A stretch of DNA of 64,000 nucleotides from positions 8,818 through 72,817 of the forward strand of contig JAVHLP010000008.1 of the NCBI GenBank assembly GCA_031082145.1. The letters are read 5' to 3'. The DNA comes from a bacterium. Its GTDB lineage: Bacteria > Bacillota > Sulfobacillia > UBA995. The position numbers were made by a program, and so were the translations under genes. Shown here one piece after another: positions 38,710 through 49,685 of the stretch. Below the pieces are notes generated by a model. It was not told the DNA's origin, did no database searches, and was given only the letters and a program-made list of their open reading frames with translations. Every line of letters begins with the position of its first letter. The stretch's first letter is position 1.

Positions 38710-39812
38710 CAGCCTACCCCCCTCGTCACGAACAGCTTCGCCGGGGGAACCTCTTCTACCTCCAGCCTCCCGCCCAAGCGGCTGCGCAGGGCGGCGGCGA
38801 CCCGGGGGACAAAGCCGGCCTCGCTGGCGGCATGGCCCGGGTCCACCACGGACAGCCCCGCCTCGACGGCCGCGAGGGCCCGGTGATGGTCTACGTCCCC
38901 GGTCACCAGGACCTCGGCTCCCGCGGCCAGAGCCTCAGGCCAGAAGCGGCCGCCGGACCCGGGCACTGCGGCCACCCGGGTCAGACTGCCGGTCGACCCC
39001 GCCGCGACCCGAACCTCGGTTCCAAGAGCCTGGGCCACTGCCCCGGCGAAGGACTCCAGTGACCGGGGGCCACTGAGCCGGCCCAGCCGGCCCGGTCCAG
39101 CCCAGGGCGCGGGTGGGTTGGCCAGGGGATACAGATCGTAGGCGACCTCCTCGTAGGGATGCACCCGCAGCATGGCGCTGACAGCCCTGCCCGCCAGGTC
39201 CTCGGGCACAACGGTCTCCAGCCGGAGCTCGCGGGCGCGTTCCAACTCCCCCACCCTGCCGGCATAGGGCTGGGCGCCCTCTCGGGGCAGAAAAGTGCCG
39301 GTACCCGCCACTTGGAAGGTACAGTGGCTGTAGCGGCCGATGCAGCCCGCGCCGGCGGCCGCCCAGGCATCACGGATGGCCTCCTCGTGTCCCCGGGGCA
39401 CGAACACCACCAGTTTCAGTAAGTGGCGAGGGCGGCCGGGGCCCAACACCTCTACCTCTTCCAACCCCAGGGTCCCGGCCAGCCAGTCGGCCAGGCCGCC
39501 GCGAGCCACGTCATAGTTGGTGTGGCAAGCGAACACGGCCGCGCCCGTGCGGGCCAGAGCGGCGATCGCCCGGCCGGGAGGAGAATCCGCCCGCAAGGAG
39601 GCAAGCGGCCGGTAGATCGGGGGATGATGGACCACCAGGAGCACGCCTTCCGCAGCCCGGTCAAGCACCCGGCGGTCGACCTCCAGGGCCACCACAAGCC
39701 GCAGGACCTCACCCTCGGGGTGGCCGAGCTGCAACCCCACGTTATCCTCCGGATCGGCCAGGGCCGGTGGGGCAAGTTCGTCCAGCACGGTGACGATCTC
39801 TCTCACCCGCAT
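38706..39812 (-). CDS. Nif3-like dinuclear metal centre protein (YqfO type)
   Basis: DNVGLQLG, HHP, HTNYD, HPYEEVAYD and GHAASE motifs. Confidence 0.92.
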   Translation of the reverse strand: MRVREIVTVLDELAPPALADPEDNVGLQLGHPEGEVLRLVVALEVDRRVLDRAAEGVLLVVHHPPIYRPLASLRADSPPGRAIAALARTGAAVFACHTNYDVARGGLADWLAGTLGLEEVEVLGPGRPRHLLKLVVFVPRGHEEAIRDAWAAAGAGCIGRYSHCTFQVAGTGTFLPREGAQPYAGRVGELERARELRLETVVPEDLAGRAVSAMLRVHPYEEVAYDLYPLANPPAPWAGPGRLGRLSGPRSLESFAGAVAQALGTEVRVAAGSTGSLTRVAAVPGSGGRFWPEALAAGAEVLVTGDVDHHRALAAVEAGLSVVDPGHAASEAGFVPRVAAALRSRLGGRLEVEEVPPAKLFVTRGVGC

Positions 39813-40016
39813 TCCTTCCATCTCTCCTCCAGCGGCCGGAGCAGCCGCACCTCCCGCCTGGCCAAGTCCATGGGCTCCACCTCCGGTGCGGGTAGCTTCG
39901 GCGGGGCGGAAAGGGCTTCCTCCGTCGCCTCTGTTGTGCCACTCGGGACTGACGGCTATCCCCACGGCAGGAATCGGAGCCGGGAGGACAAAGCATGCAG
40001 GCGGGAGGTGGAGTCC

Positions 40017-40688
40017 GTGGTTTCCTATAGCAGCGACGTCACTCCTTTCGCGCAGGCCCGGCAGCGTTACCTCGCCGCCCGGGGCAAGGCGGCGGTGAAA
40101 GCCCTGGCGGAGAACGCGTTCGATGCCCGCTTCCTGGCCACCGCCGAGCACGCCGTGGCTGCCGTGCTGGAGTTGATCCCCGCCGGCGCCCGAGTCGGGC
40201 TCGGCGGCAGCCTTACCCTGCGCCAGTTGGATCTACCGGCAGCGCTTGAGCGGCGGGGGGACCGGATCGTCCAGCATTGGCAGACCGGCCTTTCCTCGGA
40301 GGAGAGCTTGCGCCTCCGGCGCGAGCAGCTACTGGCCGACGTCTTCTTGACCAGTGCCAATGCCATCACCCTGGAGGGCGAACTGGTCAACGTGGACGCG
40401 GCGGGCAACCGGGTGGGCGCCATGATCTTCGGCCCTGGCAAGGTGATAGTGGTCGCCGGCGCTAACAAGGTGGTCAAGGATGTCCAGGAGGGGCTGGCCC
40501 GGACCCGCAACCTGGCCGCGCCCATAAACGCTTTGAGGCTGGGCGTGGCCACTCCCTGCGCGGAGCTTGGCTACTGCGTGGACTGCGCCCGGCCGGAACG
40601 GATCTGTCGCGTTGTCACCATAGTCGAGCGCCGTCCCACGCTCACCGACCTGACGGTCCTGGTGGTGGGGGAGGAGCTGGGTCTCTAG
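40017..40688 (+). CDS. LUD-domain (lactate utilisation) protein
   Basis: GGSLTL, SANAIT, NVDAAGNRV, GANKVV and C-terminal Cys residues. Confidence 0.88.
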   Translation: MVSYSSDVTPFAQARQRYLAARGKAAVKALAENAFDARFLATAEHAVAAVLELIPAGARVGLGGSLTLRQLDLPAALERRGDRIVQHWQTGLSSEESLRLRREQLLADVFLTSANAITLEGELVNVDAAGNRVGAMIFGPGKVIVVAGANKVVKDVQEGLARTRNLAAPINALRLGVATPCAELGYCVDCARPERICRVVTIVERRPTLTDLTVLVVGEELGL

Positions 40689-40764
40689 GGCTGGCTGAAC
40701 CTGGCAGGGGGCTCTTGGCAGGACTGGCAGCTAGAGGGGTGAATCTCCCTTTCCCGAGGGGGAG

Positions 40765-42525
40765 ATGGACTCGCGCCGCACCGTCGCCCTGCTGGTTCTC
40801 TGCCTGGCGCTGACCCTTGCCTTGCGGGCAGCCGGTCCCGATGCTCATCCCCCGGCCTGCCCGGTGGCGGGCGGGGCGGCCGCTCCCGTCCCGCCGGATC
40901 CCCTCGAGCTGTATGCCCGGCTGGGACTGGCCGATCCCGCCGCCCCCGAGGACCGGGCCTGGCTGGAGGAGTTGGCGGGGGGACTGGACGGTCTGGCTTA
41001 CCATGCCTGCGTCCTTCTGGCCCGTTCGGGAGCAGAGGCCACTTACTTCCAACGCGCTCTGGACCTCCGCTACACTCCCGCGATCCAGCTTGAGTATGCT
41101 CGAGCCCTGGAGTCCGAGGGGCGGTCGGAGGAAGCCCTCATGGCCTGGCTGCGCATCCTGGCCCCGGGCGAGGCGCTTGAAGCCCTCCGCCGCCTGGAGC
41201 CGGATCCCGTGAAGCGGGCCGGCCACCTGAACCAGCGCCGGCTGGCGACGCAGGCCCTGGCAGAGTTGGGCGGCGAACAAGGGGCCACCGCGGCCCGCGA
41301 GCGAGCCCTGGCCCTGGCCCGGCTGGGCCGGCACGTCGAGGCTCTCCCCCACTTCCGGGCTTGGCTGGCGGGGAGCCCGGAGGACGCGGCGGTACTCCTC
41401 GCCCATGCCGCCTCCTTGGAGGCAGCAGGCCGCCTTACGGACGCCGCGAGGGAGTACCGGGCGTCAGGACCGGCGGGAGGCCTGGGGCTGGGGCGGATGC
41501 TGGAGCGCTCCGGGCGGCCGGCGGAAGCGGCCGAGGCCTACCTGTCCTCGTCCGATGTCAATGCCCACTGGCAGGCAGCCTTGATCCTGGAGCGCCGCGG
41601 GAGGGCAGCGGAAGCCCTCATCATCTACGGGGATCTGGCGTCCGGTAGCAGCCGGCTCGCTGGGGACGCCGCCTTCCGGGGAGTCGTGGTCGCCCGCCGT
41701 CTTGGGCAACCCGAAGGACCTTTTCGGGCGCTGATCGCCCCCACCTCGCACTGGGCCTGGCGGCTGGGATGGCGCGAGGACCCGGCCCCCCCGCCCCCGG
41801 TGGAGCCGGTGGAACCGGCCGCCCTGACCCTGGCCTCCCAGTTGGCGGCCGGCGCCCCGGGGCCGGGGACACCCCTGGAGTTAGCCCACCTGGAACTGGA
41901 GATAGCCCTGCCCCGGCTTGAAGACCCCGAAGCACTGGCCGTAGGCAACTGGTACCTGGAGAGGGGCGACTACCGCCGGGCCGCCCGGATCGGGATGGCC
42001 CTCCTTCCCCGCTTGCCGACCCGCGACGTGTACTTGCTGGCCTATCCCCTTGCCTACCGCGACCTGGTGGTGGACGCGGGGGTCGCCTTCGGCGTCGAGC
42101 CCTACCTGCTGTGGGCGGTCATGCGGGAGGAGAGCCACTACTCACCCTCCGCCCTCTCGGTAGCGGGAGCCCGGGGCCTCATGCAGGTTATGCCGGCTAC
42201 CGGGAGTTGGCTGGCGGGGCGGATGGGGATCGCCTACGTGGGGCCCGAGGATCTCTACCAGCCCGCCGTCAGCGTGCGCATGGGCGCCTGGTACCTTGGG
42301 TACCTCCTGAGCCGCTTCGAGGGGTCGCTAGATCTGACCCTGGCCGCTTACAACGGGGGGGAAGGCAGTGTGCTCGGCTGGCTCGAGAGCCCTCTCTACC
42401 GGGATCCCCACGATTTTCCGGCCGTCATCACCTTCACCGAGACGCGTGAGTACCTGACCAAGGTGCTGGACACGTTGCTCGTTTACCGGTGGCTATACCC
42501 GGAGCTCACTGGGCCAGCGAGTTGA
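40765..42525 (+). CDS. Lytic transglycosylase (SLT) with TPR-like N-terminus
   Basis: MREES, GLMQVMP, AAYNGG and ETREY motifs; signal peptide. Confidence 0.92.
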   Translation: MDSRRTVALLVLCLALTLALRAAGPDAHPPACPVAGGAAAPVPPDPLELYARLGLADPAAPEDRAWLEELAGGLDGLAYHACVLLARSGAEATYFQRALDLRYTPAIQLEYARALESEGRSEEALMAWLRILAPGEALEALRRLEPDPVKRAGHLNQRRLATQALAELGGEQGATAARERALALARLGRHVEALPHFRAWLAGSPEDAAVLLAHAASLEAAGRLTDAAREYRASGPAGGLGLGRMLERSGRPAEAAEAYLSSSDVNAHWQAALILERRGRAAEALIIYGDLASGSSRLAGDAAFRGVVVARRLGQPEGPFRALIAPTSHWAWRLGWREDPAPPPPVEPVEPAALTLASQLAAGAPGPGTPLELAHLELEIALPRLEDPEALAVGNWYLERGDYRRAARIGMALLPRLPTRDVYLLAYPLAYRDLVVDAGVAFGVEPYLLWAVMREESHYSPSALSVAGARGLMQVMPATGSWLAGRMGIAYVGPEDLYQPAVSVRMGAWYLGYLLSRFEGSLDLTLAAYNGGEGSVLGWLESPLYRDPHDFPAVITFTETREYLTKVLDTLLVYRWLYPELTGPAS

Positions 42526-43651
42526 CCAAGGCTTCGAGGTCGCCTGGGGTATTGTAGAAGTGCGGCGAGACCCTCAGGCAAGGTCCCCGGGCGTCGACCA
42601 CGATGCCGTCCTCTAACAGCCGCTGGGCCAGGGCGGCGGGGCGGTCGGACTGGATGAAGACCGCCCCTCCCCTTTCGGCGCGATCCAGTGGCGACCGCAA
42701 GATCCAGCCCCGGTCCAGGCACTCCGCCGTCAAGTAGTCGGTCAGGTCGGCCACCCGGTCCCGGATGGCGGCGACCCCAGCTTCCAGGATGATCTCCAGC
42801 CCGGCGTGGGCCGCGTAGATGGAGCCCACCGCCGGTGATCCGGAGTGGAAGCGGGCGGCATCGGGGGCATAGTCCAACTCGGTTGAGAAGGCAAAGGGAT
42901 CCGCGTGGGCCAACCAGCCGGTCACGGTGGGGAACAGCGCCTGCACCAGATCTCGCCGCACGTACAGGAAGGCCGTTCCCGGGCCCCCGCAGAGCCACTT
43001 CAGGGAGCCGCCGACGGCGAAGTCTGCGCCCATGGCAATGAGATCCACCGGCACCACCCCGGCCGAGTGGTATACGTCCACGAGCAGGTAGGCCCCTCGG
43101 GCATGGGCCATGCGGGCCAGGGCGGAGATATCCTGCAGCCAATGGGACGAGTAGAGCACGTGGGAAACGGCTACCAGGGCCGTGCGGTCATCGATCAACT
43201 GCTCGTACTCCTCCAGCGGGATCCGCACGCCGTCGGGAGTGGCCGCCCGCACCAGTTGCACCGCCGGGGCCTTGGCTTGCCACTGGTAGAGCAGTGTCGG
43301 GAAATCGAGGTCGGAGCTGACCACCCGGGGCCGGGCCCGGTAGTCCAGGCAGGAGGCAATCGCCGACAGGGCCCCGGACACGCTGGGGACAATGGCGATC
43401 TCCGGCGGCGTGACGCCCAGAAGCTTGGCGTAGAACTCGCGGAGCCGGGTGAGCTTCTTCAGCCAGCGTTCCCAGGCGGCGGCGCCGTCCATAGCCCACT
43501 CGTCCAGAAAGGCCTGGACGGCGGCCATCCCGGCCCGCGGCAACGCCCCCAGCGAACAGCTGTTAAGGTACACCTTCCGCTCCAGGATAGGGAACTCACT
43601 CCGGTATGAGACCAACCGCTGCACCTGAACCGCCTCCCCCCGCACAGGCAA
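42506..43651 (-). CDS. Class V PLP aminotransferase (kynureninase-like)
   Basis: YLNSCSLG, DFPT, DVYHSAG, LKWLCGGPG and RVSPHFYN motifs. Confidence 0.88.
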   Translation of the reverse strand: MPVRGEAVQVQRLVSYRSEFPILERKVYLNSCSLGALPRAGMAAVQAFLDEWAMDGAAAWERWLKKLTRLREFYAKLLGVTPPEIAIVPSVSGALSAIASCLDYRARPRVVSSDLDFPTLLYQWQAKAPAVQLVRAATPDGVRIPLEEYEQLIDDRTALVAVSHVLYSSHWLQDISALARMAHARGAYLLVDVYHSAGVVPVDLIAMGADFAVGGSLKWLCGGPGTAFLYVRRDLVQALFPTVTGWLAHADPFAFSTELDYAPDAARFHSGSPAVGSIYAAHAGLEIILEAGVAAIRDRVADLTDYLTAECLDRGWILRSPLDRAERGGAVFIQSDRPAALAQRLLEDGIVVDARGPCLRVSPHFYNTPGDLEALVNSLAQ

Positions 43652-43679
43652 CGGGGCCTGGAAGCCCTTCCAGGCCCCG
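43652..43679. terminator. Stem-loop downstream of etfA
   Basis: Inverted repeat CGGGGCCTGGAA / TTCCAGGCCCCG with no clear U-tract. Confidence 0.5.
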
Positions 43680-43703
43680 GGGATCCCCGATCCCGCTCCC
43701 TAT

Positions 43704-44906
43704 TCAGCCCTTCCTGGCCTGCTTGACGGCCTCGGACAGCGCGGGGAGCACCTGGAAGAGATCACCCACCACGCCGTAGGTGCAGATCTTGAAGATGGGC
43801 GCATCGGGGTCCTTGTTGATGGCCACTATGATGTCGGACGAACTCATGCCGGCCAGGTGCTGGATGGCGCCCGAGATCCCGCAGGCCACGTACACCTTGG
43901 GGGATACCGTCTTCCCGGTCTGCCCCACCTGGTGGGAGTAAGGTATCCAGCCGGCGTCCACCGCGGCCCGGGACGCTCCGACGGCCGCTCCCATCGCCTT
44001 GGCCAGGTCGGACACGTACTTGAAGTTCTTGGGATCGCCCAGGCCACGGCCGCCCGAGACGATGATGTCCGCGTCCTCCAGGTTCACCGTCTCAACGTCC
44101 TCCCGGACGAACTCCAGGACCCGGGTGCGGAACACCATCCGGGAAGGATCCACCGTATGGCGGACCAGTTCGCCCGTCCGGCCGGGTTGGGGCTCCGCCT
44201 TCTTCATCACCCGGGGCCGCACGGTGGCCATCTGCGGCTTGCCGTGGCGGCAGTAGATGGTGGCCATGATGTTGCCGCCGAAGGCGGGCCGGGTCTGAAC
44301 CAGCAGGCGCTCCTCCTTCAGGATGTCCAGCCCGGTGCAGTCGGCAGTGAGACCGGTGCGCAGCCTGGCCGCAATCCGGGGAGCAAGTGAGCGTCCGGTT
44401 GACGTCGCCCCGAACAAGCAGACTTCAGGCCGGTAGCTGGCCACGAGTTCGACAAACACCTGGGTATAGGGATCGTCCCGGAAATCGGCCAACTGGGGGT
44501 GGTCGGCCAGGTACACGATGTCCGCCCCGTGCTCGAAGAGGACGCCAACCTTCTCCTCCAGGTCGCGCCCTATCGCCACCACCGCCAGCGGGTCACCCAG
44601 AGTGTCGGCCAGCTTGCGGCCTTCTCCCAGCAACTCATAGACGACGGTGGCGAACTCTGCCTCCCGTTGTTCCCCGAAGACCCAGACACCACGGGCTGGA
44701 GCTCCCGCCTGCTCGGGGCGCTTCTCCTCTTTCTCCAGCAGGATAGCCTCGTACGGGCACTCGCCGACACACGCCCCGCAGAAGTTGCAGCTATCGAGGT
44801 CTATGACGGCCAGGCCGGCTTCCATGCGGATGGCGCCGAAGGGACACGCCGCGACGCAAGCTTCACAGCCCAGGCAATCATCTTGGTTGACCCGTATCTC
44901 AGCCAC
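43704..44906 (-). CDS. etfA: Electron transfer flavoprotein alpha subunit with N-terminal 2x4Fe-4S domain
   Basis: Two CxxCxxCxxxCP motifs; [20 protein letters not shown] and GISGAIQH. Confidence 0.95.
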   Translation of the reverse strand: MAEIRVNQDDCLGCEACVAACPFGAIRMEAGLAVIDLDSCNFCGACVGECPYEAILLEKEEKRPEQAGAPARGVWVFGEQREAEFATVVYELLGEGRKLADTLGDPLAVVAIGRDLEEKVGVLFEHGADIVYLADHPQLADFRDDPYTQVFVELVASYRPEVCLFGATSTGRSLAPRIAARLRTGLTADCTGLDILKEERLLVQTRPAFGGNIMATIYCRHGKPQMATVRPRVMKKAEPQPGRTGELVRHTVDPSRMVFRTRVLEFVREDVETVNLEDADIIVSGGRGLGDPKNFKYVSDLAKAMGAAVGASRAAVDAGWIPYSHQVGQTGKTVSPKVYVACGISGAIQHLAGMSSSDIIVAINKDPDAPIFKICTYGVVGDLFQVLPALSEAVKQARKG

Positions 44907-44920
44907 CGGCGTCCCCTCCC

Positions 44921-45715
44921 TCAGAGCACTCCGGCTCGCAAGAGCCGGTCCACCAAGGCATCCACCTGTTCGGCAACCTCACCGGACAAGATCTCCCCGC
45001 CGGCCCTCACCTCCGGGGTGAACACGCGGATGACCTCGGTGGGCGATCCGGTCAGGCCAATGCGGTCGGGGTCGACGTTGAGATCGGCGGCGGTCCAGAC
45101 GGTTATCTCCTGCCGCCTGGCCCGCATCAGACCTTTCATGGATGGCAGCCGCGGCTCGTTGATCTCCTTGACCACGGTGATCAGGACCGGCAAGGTGGTC
45201 TCCACGACCTCGTAGCCACCCTCGACCATGCGTTCCACGCGGATGTGGCCGGGGCCCAACTCCGCGACCTTGCGCACGTACGTGATGTGGGGAATATCCA
45301 GCTGCTCGGCGATGCCGGGACCGACCTGGGCGGTGTCGCCGTCGATCGCCTGCTTGCCGCAGATGATCAGGTCCACCTCGCCGATCTTGCGGATCCCCTC
45401 GGCCAGGGTGTACGACGTGGCCAGGGTGTCCGAACCGGCGAAAGCTCTATCGGAGAGCAAGATCGCATCGTCCGCCCCCATGGCGATGGCCTCCTTGAGC
45501 GCCTCCTTGACCTGGGGCGGGCCCATACTGAGGATGGTTACCTTGCCCTCCAGCCGTTCCTTGATGCGGATGCCTTCCTCGATGGCGTAGGCGTCAAACG
45601 GGTTGATGATGCTGGGTACTCCCTCGCGAATCAGGGTCTTGGTCTCGGGATGGATCTTGACTTCGGTGGTATCGGGAACTTGCTTCATGCACACGACGAC
45701 GTTGAGTCCAGCCAA
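44921..45715 (-). CDS. etfB: Electron transfer flavoprotein beta subunit
   Basis: KQVPDT, NPFD, GKQAIDGDTAQVG and INEPR motifs. Confidence 0.95.
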   Translation of the reverse strand: MAGLNVVVCMKQVPDTTEVKIHPETKTLIREGVPSIINPFDAYAIEEGIRIKERLEGKVTILSMGPPQVKEALKEAIAMGADDAILLSDRAFAGSDTLATSYTLAEGIRKIGEVDLIICGKQAIDGDTAQVGPGIAEQLDIPHITYVRKVAELGPGHIRVERMVEGGYEVVETTLPVLITVVKEINEPRLPSMKGLMRARRQEITVWTAADLNVDPDRIGLTGSPTEVIRVFTPEVRAGGEILSGEVAEQVDALVDRLLRAGVL

Positions 45716-45915
45716 TACGCGCCCTCCTCAACCGGCATGGTCCACCCCGCGGCGCCTTGACCCGCGGAGGTCTTGCGGGATCTCGCTGGACCGGCACCTG
45801 TACTTTCAACGACCAGGCGTCTACTCCTCCTTCAGTGCCGGCAACCGCGCTGCACCATGCGCCCCGGCTTTACATAAACATGAAGAAAGCTCCCGCCACG
45901 TCTGGGGGAAGGGAT

Positions 45916-48285
45916 ATGGGTTTTCCCTGGGCGGAGGTGACCGAACTCCTCTCCCGGCAACCATCTGGGACCCTGGACCGGCCAGTCGCCGTACCCGTCT
46001 TGCCCGGGAGCTGCGGGGAGAAGCCGCTGGCGCTGATCGGGCAGGCCATCCGGGCGGGCCGCTACCAGGCGGCCCTTGGCCTCCTGGCCCGGGAAGGGGA
46101 GCGGTCGGGAGCCGCCGGTCCCGCCCTTGACCACGCTCAGTTTCAACTCCGGCTGGCAATGGCCCTCGCGTATGGGAGCCGGCCCGGCCGGCGTTGGCAG
46201 GCGCGAGCCCTGGCCCAACTCCAAGAGGCGACGCGGCTAGAACCAGCAGGCGAACCCGGCCGTCGCCTGAGGGCCGTGGTCGCACTCTACGGCGGTAACG
46301 CCGGCGAGGCACTCGCCCTGTACCCGGAACGGCCGCCGCCGGGGCTGGATCGGGCCCGGTGGGCGGTCGAGCATACCCTGATCGCGCTGGCGGCCGGCCG
46401 GCCGGAGGAGGTGAGACCCCGGCTGGAGAGTGCGGAACGGCCGGCGGGCTGGCCCTTGGAGCAGAATCTGGCCGAATGCCTGGGTGCCTGCTACTGGCAC
46501 CGGGGGGACTGGGCGGCCGCCCTCACCTGGTGGGAGAAGGCCGTTGCCCTGGGCGTCCGCCGCCTGGTCGGTCCCCTGGGCCTGTGCTATCACCGGGCGG
46601 CGGCCGCCTGCCAGGATAGCGATCCCGAGCAGGCCCTGGCCTGGTGGGAAGCTGCGGCGCGGCTGCGGCCGATCCGGCCCCCGGGGAGGGCTGCCAGGCG
46701 ATGGGCCCTGCGTCTGCGCTTGTTTCTTGCCTGGCGGGCCTGGGAGGCGAGCGACACCCGGACCGCCCTCTTGCACTGGCAGCGGGCCCGGGAGCTCATC
46801 CCCGGCCACCGGGGTGCCCGCCGGGGCGTGACCCTGGCCCACCTGGCCTTGGGCGACGGCAAGGCCGCGGCCAGGGTGGCAGGGGCGGGAAAGGCAACTG
46901 CCGGCGGGCGGAGTGGCGTCTACCTGCACCTCCTCCGGGCCAGCGCCCTGATCCTGTCCGGAGAGGTTGAGCCGGCCGCCGCCGACACCCTCCGGCTGGC
47001 CCGGGAGGGTGCGGCAGACGTCCGGGTGGACACCATGTGCGTGCTCTTGTTGCTCGCAACGGGCTGGGCGACCGATGCCGTCCGGCGCCTGGCGCCCTTG
47101 CTGGAACGCGATCCCGCCCCACCCTTGGCCGTCAAGGCCGCTGTCCTGGCCGCCCGCGCAACCGGAGACGTTAACCAGGCCGTTAACCTTCTGGGAGGGC
47201 TGCTGACGGCCGATCCCGCCGACCCCTGGGCCCTCTGTCAGTGGCGGGAACTCATGTTGGAGCAGGGCATCCGGGCGGCGGAGGAAGGCCGGCCGGGCGA
47301 CGCTCGCAAGTACTTTGCCAGCGTTCTGCTTCAGAACCATGATGACCCTGAGGCGTGGTTCCAGACCGGGGTCTCCCACCTGGTGGAAGGAGACCCCGAG
47401 GCGGCCGAGGATTGCTTCTCGGAGGCGGTGCGCCACTCGCCTCGGCCGGCCCGCGTGCTCCTGGCGGTCTGTGACCGGCTCCTGCGGGCGGGCGAGACCG
47501 GCGCCGCCCGTCGTTACCTCCGACAGGCCCGCCGGTGCGAGACTTCGTCTTCCTTCGCCGTCGACGCCGCCCATCTCTGCCTGGCCGCCGGCGCCGACGA
47601 CTGGGCGCTGGAAGTGCTCCGCGAGGCGGTGGCCGGCGGGGCAGAACCTGTGGGAACGGTTCACCAGATCCTGGCCAGCCTTCACGACAACGGCTGTCTG
47701 GACCGGGCCGTTCCCTTCCTGGAGGCGGCTCCCCGGTCCGTCTTCTCGGCCCGTACCTGGCTGCTGCTGACCCTTCTCTATATTGAGAAGCACAACTGGG
47801 CGGCGGCTGAGCGGGCACTGGACCGGGCCAGAACGGGGCCGAGGGAGGCGGCGTCCCAGCTGGCCGAAATCCATGCCTTCCTATCCCAGGCGGTGATCCT
47901 GGGCCGTGCCGTGGGCAGTCCGGATCGGGCGAACCTCGCCCGCAGCAAGGCCATCCTGCTCGAGGGTGTCCCTCGCGACAGTGCCGCCACCATCCCGTCC
48001 GGACAGGCGGTGAGCCTGGCCGCCCTGGGGATCCTCCGCGAACAGGCCCGGTGCGGCTGGGGTGTACCTCCCCCGGAACCCGGCCCCGAGCCTCCTCCGC
48101 AACCCCCGGCCGGGGATTACCGGGGGCCACGGCGGCCCCTGCTGGCCTGGTGGCTACAGGTGGAAGGGCGGACCGCGACCAGCAACCACGGAGACTGCCT
48201 AAAGGCCCTGGCCGCCCTGGGATCCGTCCCCGCATCGACCGTGACCGATGGGGAGGCGAGCCCGTCACGGGAGACCTTGCCATGA
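45916..48285 (+). CDS. Large TPR-repeat protein
   Basis: Ala/Leu-rich TPR-like units; ATG at 45916 follows a purine-rich RBS-like stretch; stop overlaps the next ATG. Confidence 0.75.
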   Translation: MGFPWAEVTELLSRQPSGTLDRPVAVPVLPGSCGEKPLALIGQAIRAGRYQAALGLLAREGERSGAAGPALDHAQFQLRLAMALAYGSRPGRRWQARALAQLQEATRLEPAGEPGRRLRAVVALYGGNAGEALALYPERPPPGLDRARWAVEHTLIALAAGRPEEVRPRLESAERPAGWPLEQNLAECLGACYWHRGDWAAALTWWEKAVALGVRRLVGPLGLCYHRAAAACQDSDPEQALAWWEAAARLRPIRPPGRAARRWALRLRLFLAWRAWEASDTRTALLHWQRARELIPGHRGARRGVTLAHLALGDGKAAARVAGAGKATAGGRSGVYLHLLRASALILSGEVEPAAADTLRLAREGAADVRVDTMCVLLLLATGWATDAVRRLAPLLERDPAPPLAVKAAVLAARATGDVNQAVNLLGGLLTADPADPWALCQWRELMLEQGIRAAEEGRPGDARKYFASVLLQNHDDPEAWFQTGVSHLVEGDPEAAEDCFSEAVRHSPRPARVLLAVCDRLLRAGETGAARRYLRQARRCETSSSFAVDAAHLCLAAGADDWALEVLREAVAGGAEPVGTVHQILASLHDNGCLDRAVPFLEAAPRSVFSARTWLLLTLLYIEKHNWAAAERALDRARTGPREAASQLAEIHAFLSQAVILGRAVGSPDRANLARSKAILLEGVPRDSAATIPSGQAVSLAALGILREQARCGWGVPPPEPGPEPPPQPPAGDYRGPRRPLLAWWLQVEGRTATSNHGDCLKALAALGSVPASTVTDGEASPSRETLP

Positions 48286-49676
48286 CCTCGGTGGTCATCT
48301 GCCGTGACCGCGCCTTCGCCGACCAGCTGTCGCCGCTCCTGCCCGGGGTAACGGTGACGACCGCACCCGACCCGGCCGTCAAGTGGGACGTCGCCGTCCA
48401 CTGGACTCCAGGCTTCGCGCCCGTCAACGCTCTCCGCCATCTCAACCCACCGGCAGCTCTTGAGCGGCTGGCCTCGTTGCCGACGGCCCGGAAAGTGCTC
48501 CGGCTAAACGGGTTGCGAACCCTACCCGGCTTCGGGCAAGCCTCCACCCCTTCCCTCGGGGGGGGCTTCTGCCGGGTACACCTCTTCGACGGCGCGGCCA
48601 TCTCCGTCAGGGCCCCTGGGGGCCGGTACCACCGGCAGAATCTGGTGTCAATGGCGCTCCGGGCCCTGTACTGCCTGGGCCTGGATTTCGGCGCCGTCGA
48701 CCTGCGCCCCCGCCGGTTGACGGCGACCGTCCTGCGCATCGACCCCGCCCCGGCTGTCGATGCTCCCCTGGCCGAAGCCTATGCCAGGGCGATGCTGCCG
48801 CGGCTGGCCGGCGAAACCGGCGACGGGGGGCCGGTCAAGATCGGGGCCGATCCGGAGTTCATCGTGTTCCGCCGGCGGGATGGCAGGCGCGTTCCGGCAT
48901 CCCGCTTCTTCCGCCGTCACGCGGGGATCGGTTGCGACTGGGCCCCGGGGTTCCGTGGCTTCCCCCTAGGCGAACTCCGGCCCTCGCCGTCCGAGTGCCC
49001 TCTCCGGCTCACGGAAACCCTGGCCGTCCAGATCGAGAGGGCGAGGCGCCATGTCGGCGGCGATTTCGGTCTGGTCGCCGGAAGCCGTCCTTACCCGTCC
49101 TTGTACATCGGCGGCCACGTTCACTTCTCCGGCGTGGTTCTGACCGCCGACCTCCTGCGGGCCCTGGATACGTACGTCGCCCTGCCTGTGCTGCTGCTGG
49201 AAGCGGCCTCGCCGGCCAGCAGCCGCCGGAGGCGCTACGGATTCCTGGGCGATTGCCGCCGCAAGCGGCACGGCGGCTTCGAGTACCGCACCCTACCCAG
49301 TTGGCTGGTGTCCCCGGAGGTGACCGCCGCCGTCCTCTGCCTGGCCTACCTGGTAGTCCTGGAGCACCGGCGGCTCAGGGGGCGACTGCTGGTAGACCCT
49401 GAACGGCAGGAAGCGTTCTACCAGGCGGACAAGGAGACCCTCCGCCCGCTCTGGCCCAGGCTCTGGGCCGATCTCAGGGCGACGCCATCGTATTCTCGCT
49501 TCCGCAGTCCCCTCCGGATCCTCCCCGACCTGATCGAGCGGCGGGTGACCTGGGATGAACGGCTTGAACTGGGAGCAGCGTGGTCCCAGTACAAGCCCGA
49601 CCAGGTGAAGGCCGAGCCGGCCATCACGGCTCTGGCCATGGCCCTCCGGCTCTTCACCCGCCGCGCCACAAAGTAG
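48282..49676 (+). CDS. Putative amidoligase (phiEco32-like COOH-NH2 ligase type 2), second copy
   Basis: LGLDFGAVD, GADPEF, GCD, GELRP, GGHVHF and GFEYRT motifs. Confidence 0.85.
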   Translation: MTSVVICRDRAFADQLSPLLPGVTVTTAPDPAVKWDVAVHWTPGFAPVNALRHLNPPAALERLASLPTARKVLRLNGLRTLPGFGQASTPSLGGGFCRVHLFDGAAISVRAPGGRYHRQNLVSMALRALYCLGLDFGAVDLRPRRLTATVLRIDPAPAVDAPLAEAYARAMLPRLAGETGDGGPVKIGADPEFIVFRRRDGRRVPASRFFRRHAGIGCDWAPGFRGFPLGELRPSPSECPLRLTETLAVQIERARRHVGGDFGLVAGSRPYPSLYIGGHVHFSGVVLTADLLRALDTYVALPVLLLEAASPASSRRRRYGFLGDCRRKRHGGFEYRTLPSWLVSPEVTAAVLCLAYLVVLEHRRLRGRLLVDPERQEAFYQADKETLRPLWPRLWADLRATPSYSRFRSPLRILPDLIERRVTWDERLELGAAWSQYKPDQVKAEPAITALAMALRLFTRRATK

Positions 49677-49685
49677 GAATCGGGT

